A stretch of 32,000 bases of DNA. It comes from Alkalilimnicola ehrlichii MLHE-1 (GTDB taxonomy: Bacteria > Pseudomonadota > Gammaproteobacteria > Nitrococcales > Halorhodospiraceae). Under the pieces are notes generated by a model. That model saw only the letters and a program-made list of their open reading frames with translations, did not search any database and was not told the origin of the DNA. The position numbers were made by a program, and so were the translations under genes. Every line of letters starts with the position of its first letter. Position 1 is the stretch's first letter. Below are positions 28,516 to 32,000 of this stretch, piece by piece. Where the stretch lies: the NCBI RefSeq assembly GCF_000014785.1, contig NC_008340.1:960001-992000 (forward strand), read 5' to 3'.

Positions 28516-30801
28516 CTATTGCCGCGGTGGGCCTGCCCCCTTGTCGGCGGAGGCCGCCAGCTCACCGGTCTGCTTTTTGAAGAGCAACTGCAGGGCGACC
28601 AGGACCCCGCCGATGGTGATGCCCAACAGGTCGGTCATCCAGCCGCCAGCAATCATCGACAGGGCACCGATGAGCAGGCCGATGCGCAGGAACCAGACCA
28701 TATGCCCGAAGAACCAGCCCTGTACCGATGCCGTCAGCAGGTAGATGCCGATACTGGCCGTGACCACCACGCGGGCGATCTCGCCCCAGGTGCCCTCGCC
28801 CAGCAGCGCCGGGCTGTAGAAGAACATGAAGGGCACGATGAATGCCGCCAGGCCCACCTTGAAGGAGGTGACCGAGGTGCGCAGCGGATCGGTGTTGGCG
28901 ATGGCCGAGGCCGCGTAGGCCGCCAGCGCCACCGGCGGGGTGATGGCGGAGATGACCGCGAAGTAGAACACGAAGAAGTGCGCCACCAGCGGGTCGATCC
29001 CCAGCCGTTGCAGGCCGGGTGCTACCACCGAGGCGGCCACCGCGTAGGCCGCAGTGGTGGGCATGCCCATGCCCAGCAGGATGCTGATGCACATGGCGAA
29101 GAACATCGCCAGCAGTTGGCCGCTGCCCTCGATGGTCCAGTTGATGATGGGGATGGTTACATCCACCTGGGCGATGCCCAGCAGCATGGAGGCAAAGCGC
29201 GCGCCCACGCCGGTGAGACTGATCACGCCGACGATGATGCCGGCACAGGCGCAGACCGCCACCAGCGGGATGGCCATCTTGGCGCCCAGCTCCAAGGCCC
29301 GGAGGATGGCCCGGGGGCCCATCCAGTGCGGGGTGAGCCAGGAGACCACGGCGGCACTGATCATGGCCACGGTGCCGGCGCGGATCACCGAGTAGCCCAT
29401 GAACAACGCCCCGATCAGCACGATAATCGGGATGAACAGGTAGACCTTGCGCAGCATGTCGCCGAGCTGCGGTAGCTGGTCACCGCGCAGGCCGGTCATG
29501 CCCATCTTGCGGGCCTCCAGGTCCACCATGAAATAGACGGACAGGAAGTAGAGCACCGCCGGGATGATGGCGGCGATGGCCAGCTCGGTATAGGGGATGC
29601 CGGTGATCTCCGCCATGATGAAGGCACCCGCCCCCATGATCGGCGGCATGATCTGTCCGCCGGTGGAGGCGGCCGCCTCGATGGCCCCCGCGCTGCGCGG
29701 GTGGTAGCCCACCTTCTTCATCAACGGGATGGTCAGGCTGCCGGTGGCCACCACGTTCCCCGCCGAGGTGCCGTTGATCATCCCCATCAGCCCGGAGGCG
29801 AAGATCGAGACCTTGGCCGGCCCGCCGCGGGCCCGGCCGGCGGCGGCGAAGGCGAAATTCACGAAGTAGTCGCCCACCTTGGAGGCCTGGAGGAAGGCGG
29901 CGAAGGTGATGAACAGGATGATGTAGGTGGACGAGACGGCCGTGGTCGGTCCGAGGATGCCGTTGTCGGTATAGACATAGCTGAAGAAGCGCGGGAAGGA
30001 GTAACCACGGTGCTCCAGGATGCCCGGCAGCCACGGGCCGGCGAAGGCGTAGAACAGGAACACACCGGTGATGATGACCAGCGCCAGCCCGGCCACCCGG
30101 CGCGTCATCTCCAGGATGAGGAGGATCCCGGTGAGCGAGACCAGGAACTCGGTGGTGCCGACGAAGGAGGTGCCGGCGGCCATACGCCAGCGGGCCAGGG
30201 CGAAAATAATGAACGCGGCCACCACGATGGCGGCCAGCGACAGCAGCCAATCGGGCCAGTGCACCCGATTGGCGGGGCTGTGAAAGATCCAACTGGAGAG
30301 CAGGGCGATACCGGTGCCACCGATCAGCGCATAGCGCATGTGTTCGAAGACCCAGTCCGGCGGGTTGGGCTGGCCACCCACTTCACGCAGGTACCAGGCC
30401 AGGCCGATACAGAAGGCCGCGTAACCGATGGCGGTGGCGCTGGCCAGCAGGGGCACCAACTGCGGGGTGGTCAGCGCCCGCGGATTGGCGGTGCGGTTCA
30501 GGGTGGCCGCGGTGGTCAGCAGGAAGCCGATGACTAGGCCCCCCGCCACGTGGCTGATGCGGAAGGCCCAGGTCTCCATCGGGGCAACGTTGAGCGAATA
30601 GAGATGGAAGGCCGTGTAGAGCACGCAGATGCTGTAGAGCAGCCAGCGTTGCCAGCCCGCCACGTCGCGCTCATTGTGACCGAGGGGGATTTCGGTCACA
30701 TCTTCTACGGCCACCTTGGGGGCGTCCGGTGCCTGGGGATCCTTGTCGTCGGGTGCCGTGTTCTGATTGTCGTGTCGTTGTGAATTCATGGTTGGATTCA
30801 C
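28516..30801 (-). CDS. TRAP transporter, fused DctQM (4TM/12TM) permease
   Basis: 761-aa polytopic protein with GLMGMINGTSAGNVVATGSLTIPLMKKVGYHPRSAGAIEAAASTGGQIMPPIMGAGAFIMAE, typical of TAXI-TRAP fused permeases. GTG start, or ATG at 30789. Confidence 0.93.
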   Translation of the reverse strand: MNPTMNSQRHDNQNTAPDDKDPQAPDAPKVAVEDVTEIPLGHNERDVAGWQRWLLYSICVLYTAFHLYSLNVAPMETWAFRISHVAGGLVIGFLLTTAATLNRTANPRALTTPQLVPLLASATAIGYAAFCIGLAWYLREVGGQPNPPDWVFEHMRYALIGGTGIALLSSWIFHSPANRVHWPDWLLSLAAIVVAAFIIFALARWRMAAGTSFVGTTEFLVSLTGILLILEMTRRVAGLALVIITGVFLFYAFAGPWLPGILEHRGYSFPRFFSYVYTDNGILGPTTAVSSTYIILFITFAAFLQASKVGDYFVNFAFAAAGRARGGPAKVSIFASGLMGMINGTSAGNVVATGSLTIPLMKKVGYHPRSAGAIEAAASTGGQIMPPIMGAGAFIMAEITGIPYTELAIAAIIPAVLYFLSVYFMVDLEARKMGMTGLRGDQLPQLGDMLRKVYLFIPIIVLIGALFMGYSVIRAGTVAMISAAVVSWLTPHWMGPRAILRALELGAKMAIPLVAVCACAGIIVGVISLTGVGARFASMLLGIAQVDVTIPIINWTIEGSGQLLAMFFAMCISILLGMGMPTTAAYAVAASVVAPGLQRLGIDPLVAHFFVFYFAVISAITPPVALAAYAASAIANTDPLRTSVTSFKVGLAAFIVPFMFFYSPALLGEGTWGEIARVVVTASIGIYLLTASVQGWFFGHMVWFLRIGLLIGALSMIAGGWMTDLLGITIGGVLVALQLLFKKQTGELAASADKGAGPPRQ

Positions 30802-30842
30802 TGTCCGTTGTCAGGCTTTTGGCCCGTTTGCGGATAGGGACC

Positions 30843-30927
30843 TGTCAGGGAAACCGACTGCCGAGTCAGTTTTCAGTCGCCCTGACAAACAGAACCCCCA
30901 CCCGCGGATGCGGATGGGGGTGGGGTT
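30843..30927 (-). promoter_or_regulatory. Tandem hairpins between the TAXI receptor and the TRAP permease genes
   Basis: TGTCAGGG(43-50)/CCCTGACA(80-87) enclosing CGACTG/CAGTCG, plus AACCCC...A-CCC (30893-30903) pairing with GGG-T-GGGGTT (30918-30927). Confidence 0.55.
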
Positions 30928-30945
30928 GCCGGTGCCGCGTGGCGC

Positions 30946-31932
30946 TTAGCCGCGCAGGTCATCCGGGATGTCGAATCCGTTCTCTTCGAACCAGCGCACC
31001 GCGCCCGGGTGGAACGGAAGCCAGTCGTTGACCTCCCAGTTCTCCGGCAGCGTTTCCTTGGAAGCGCCGTGGATCTGCACCATCTCATCGTTGTTTTCCA
31101 TCACCGTCTTGGTCACACCATAGACCAGACTCTCCGGCATGTCCTTGTGAGTGATGGCAAAGTTCCAGATGGAGATGGCCGGGATATCGGCGTCCAGGGA
31201 TTGGTAGGCGTCGCCCGGGACGCTGGAGCCGACCAGCTCGGGGAAGGCCTCCAGAATGGCCTCCTGATCGGCTTCAGCGATGGAGAAGATGTTGACGTCG
31301 GCCTGGGCCTCGGCCTGGCTGAAGGCGGAGATCGGGATGCCGGCGGCGAAGGCGAAGGCATCGATCAGGCCGTCCTGGAGCTGGCCCACCTGGTCGGAGG
31401 CGCCGCCGTTACGGGTGCGCACATCCAGACCGAGCTGCTCGAAGAACTGGGGCCAGTACATGTCAGCGGTGCCGCCGGCCGGGCCGATGCCCACGGTTTT
31501 GCCGTCGAGATCCGCGACACTCTCAATGCCGGACCCGGACAGGGCGATGACCTGGAAGGCCGTCTGGTACATGGGGAACACTGCGCGGATGTCCTTGTGC
31601 TCCAGGCCCGGTGCCAGTTCGCTTTCGCCCTCCCAGGCCGCCAGCGCGGGGCCCATGGTGACCATGCCGAATTGGTGATCGCCGGTCTGCACCAGGGTGG
31701 CGTTCTGGACCGGGCCGCCGGTGACCTCGGCGCCGGCGTTGATGTCCAGCGCTTCGCCCACCATGTTGGCCCAGCCGGAACCGTAAATGAAGTAGGTGCC
31801 GCCCTGGCTGGCGGTGCCCACGGTGATGCTGCGCGGCCAGTCGCCGCGGTCGTCGGCGATGGCAGCGCCACCGGCGGCCAGCGCCGCGCCGGCGCACAGG
31901 CTTACGAATACATTGCGGGTGCTGTTAAGCAT
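30946..31932 (-). CDS. TAXI family TRAP transporter solute-binding subunit
   Basis: Signal peptide, SITVGTASQGGTYFIYGSGWANMVGE, VTGGPVQNATLVQTGDHQFGMV, LDGKTVGIGPAGGTADMY; 328 aa. Confidence 0.93.
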   Translation of the reverse strand: MLNSTRNVFVSLCAGAALAAGGAAIADDRGDWPRSITVGTASQGGTYFIYGSGWANMVGEALDINAGAEVTGGPVQNATLVQTGDHQFGMVTMGPALAAWEGESELAPGLEHKDIRAVFPMYQTAFQVIALSGSGIESVADLDGKTVGIGPAGGTADMYWPQFFEQLGLDVRTRNGGASDQVGQLQDGLIDAFAFAAGIPISAFSQAEAQADVNIFSIAEADQEAILEAFPELVGSSVPGDAYQSLDADIPAISIWNFAITHKDMPESLVYGVTKTVMENNDEMVQIHGASKETLPENWEVNDWLPFHPGAVRWFEENGFDIPDDLRG

Positions 31933-32000
31933 TGTAATGACATCTCCGCTGATGGCTTCACGGGAAAATCCGGGGCCTGCCACCCAGGGCGGGCCCATGC

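Noticed and set aside
28480-30537. Plus-strand ORFs 28480-29475 and 29701-30537
   Set aside because: Antisense to the TRAP permease; H/Q/G/D-rich shadow translations.

Overview
This window looks like an ordinary high-GC gammaproteobacterial chromosome, with no phage, defence island or CRISPR array. Left part: rplU-rpmA, obgE-proB, rpsT(-), murJ, ribF-ileS-lspA-ispH. Next comes a type IV minor-pilin block: pilE(-), two fimT/fimU-type genes, pilV, pilW and two tandem pilX-like genes. After that: psd(-), a MNT nucleotidyltransferase/HEPN (HepT-like) pair, a SCO1/SenC gene(-), prmB, an M48-TPR lipoprotein protease, YdbL/DUF1318(-) and YdbH-like(-) genes, recQ with a small nucleotidyltransferase-like ORF, an AEC permease(-), and a TAXI-type TRAP transporter(-). 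The most distinctive signals are: (i) two mosaic clusters of ~80-bp palindromic MITE/REP-like elements, each in a ~0.5-kb intergenic region between convergent genes (11.30-11.80 and 21.89-22.41 kb), including an exact 3x29-bp tandem half-element array; an orphan arm supplies the probable Shine-Dalgarno of the ydbL-like gene; (ii) a composition break inside the second pilX-like gene; (iii) a TTG-overlapped MNT/HEPN pair; (iv) a nucleotidyltransferase-fold ORF after recQ that seems to have lost its active site; (v) a structured rplU leader and several strong regulatory hairpins. I found no convincing new multi-gene system. All coordinates and alignments were read by hand.
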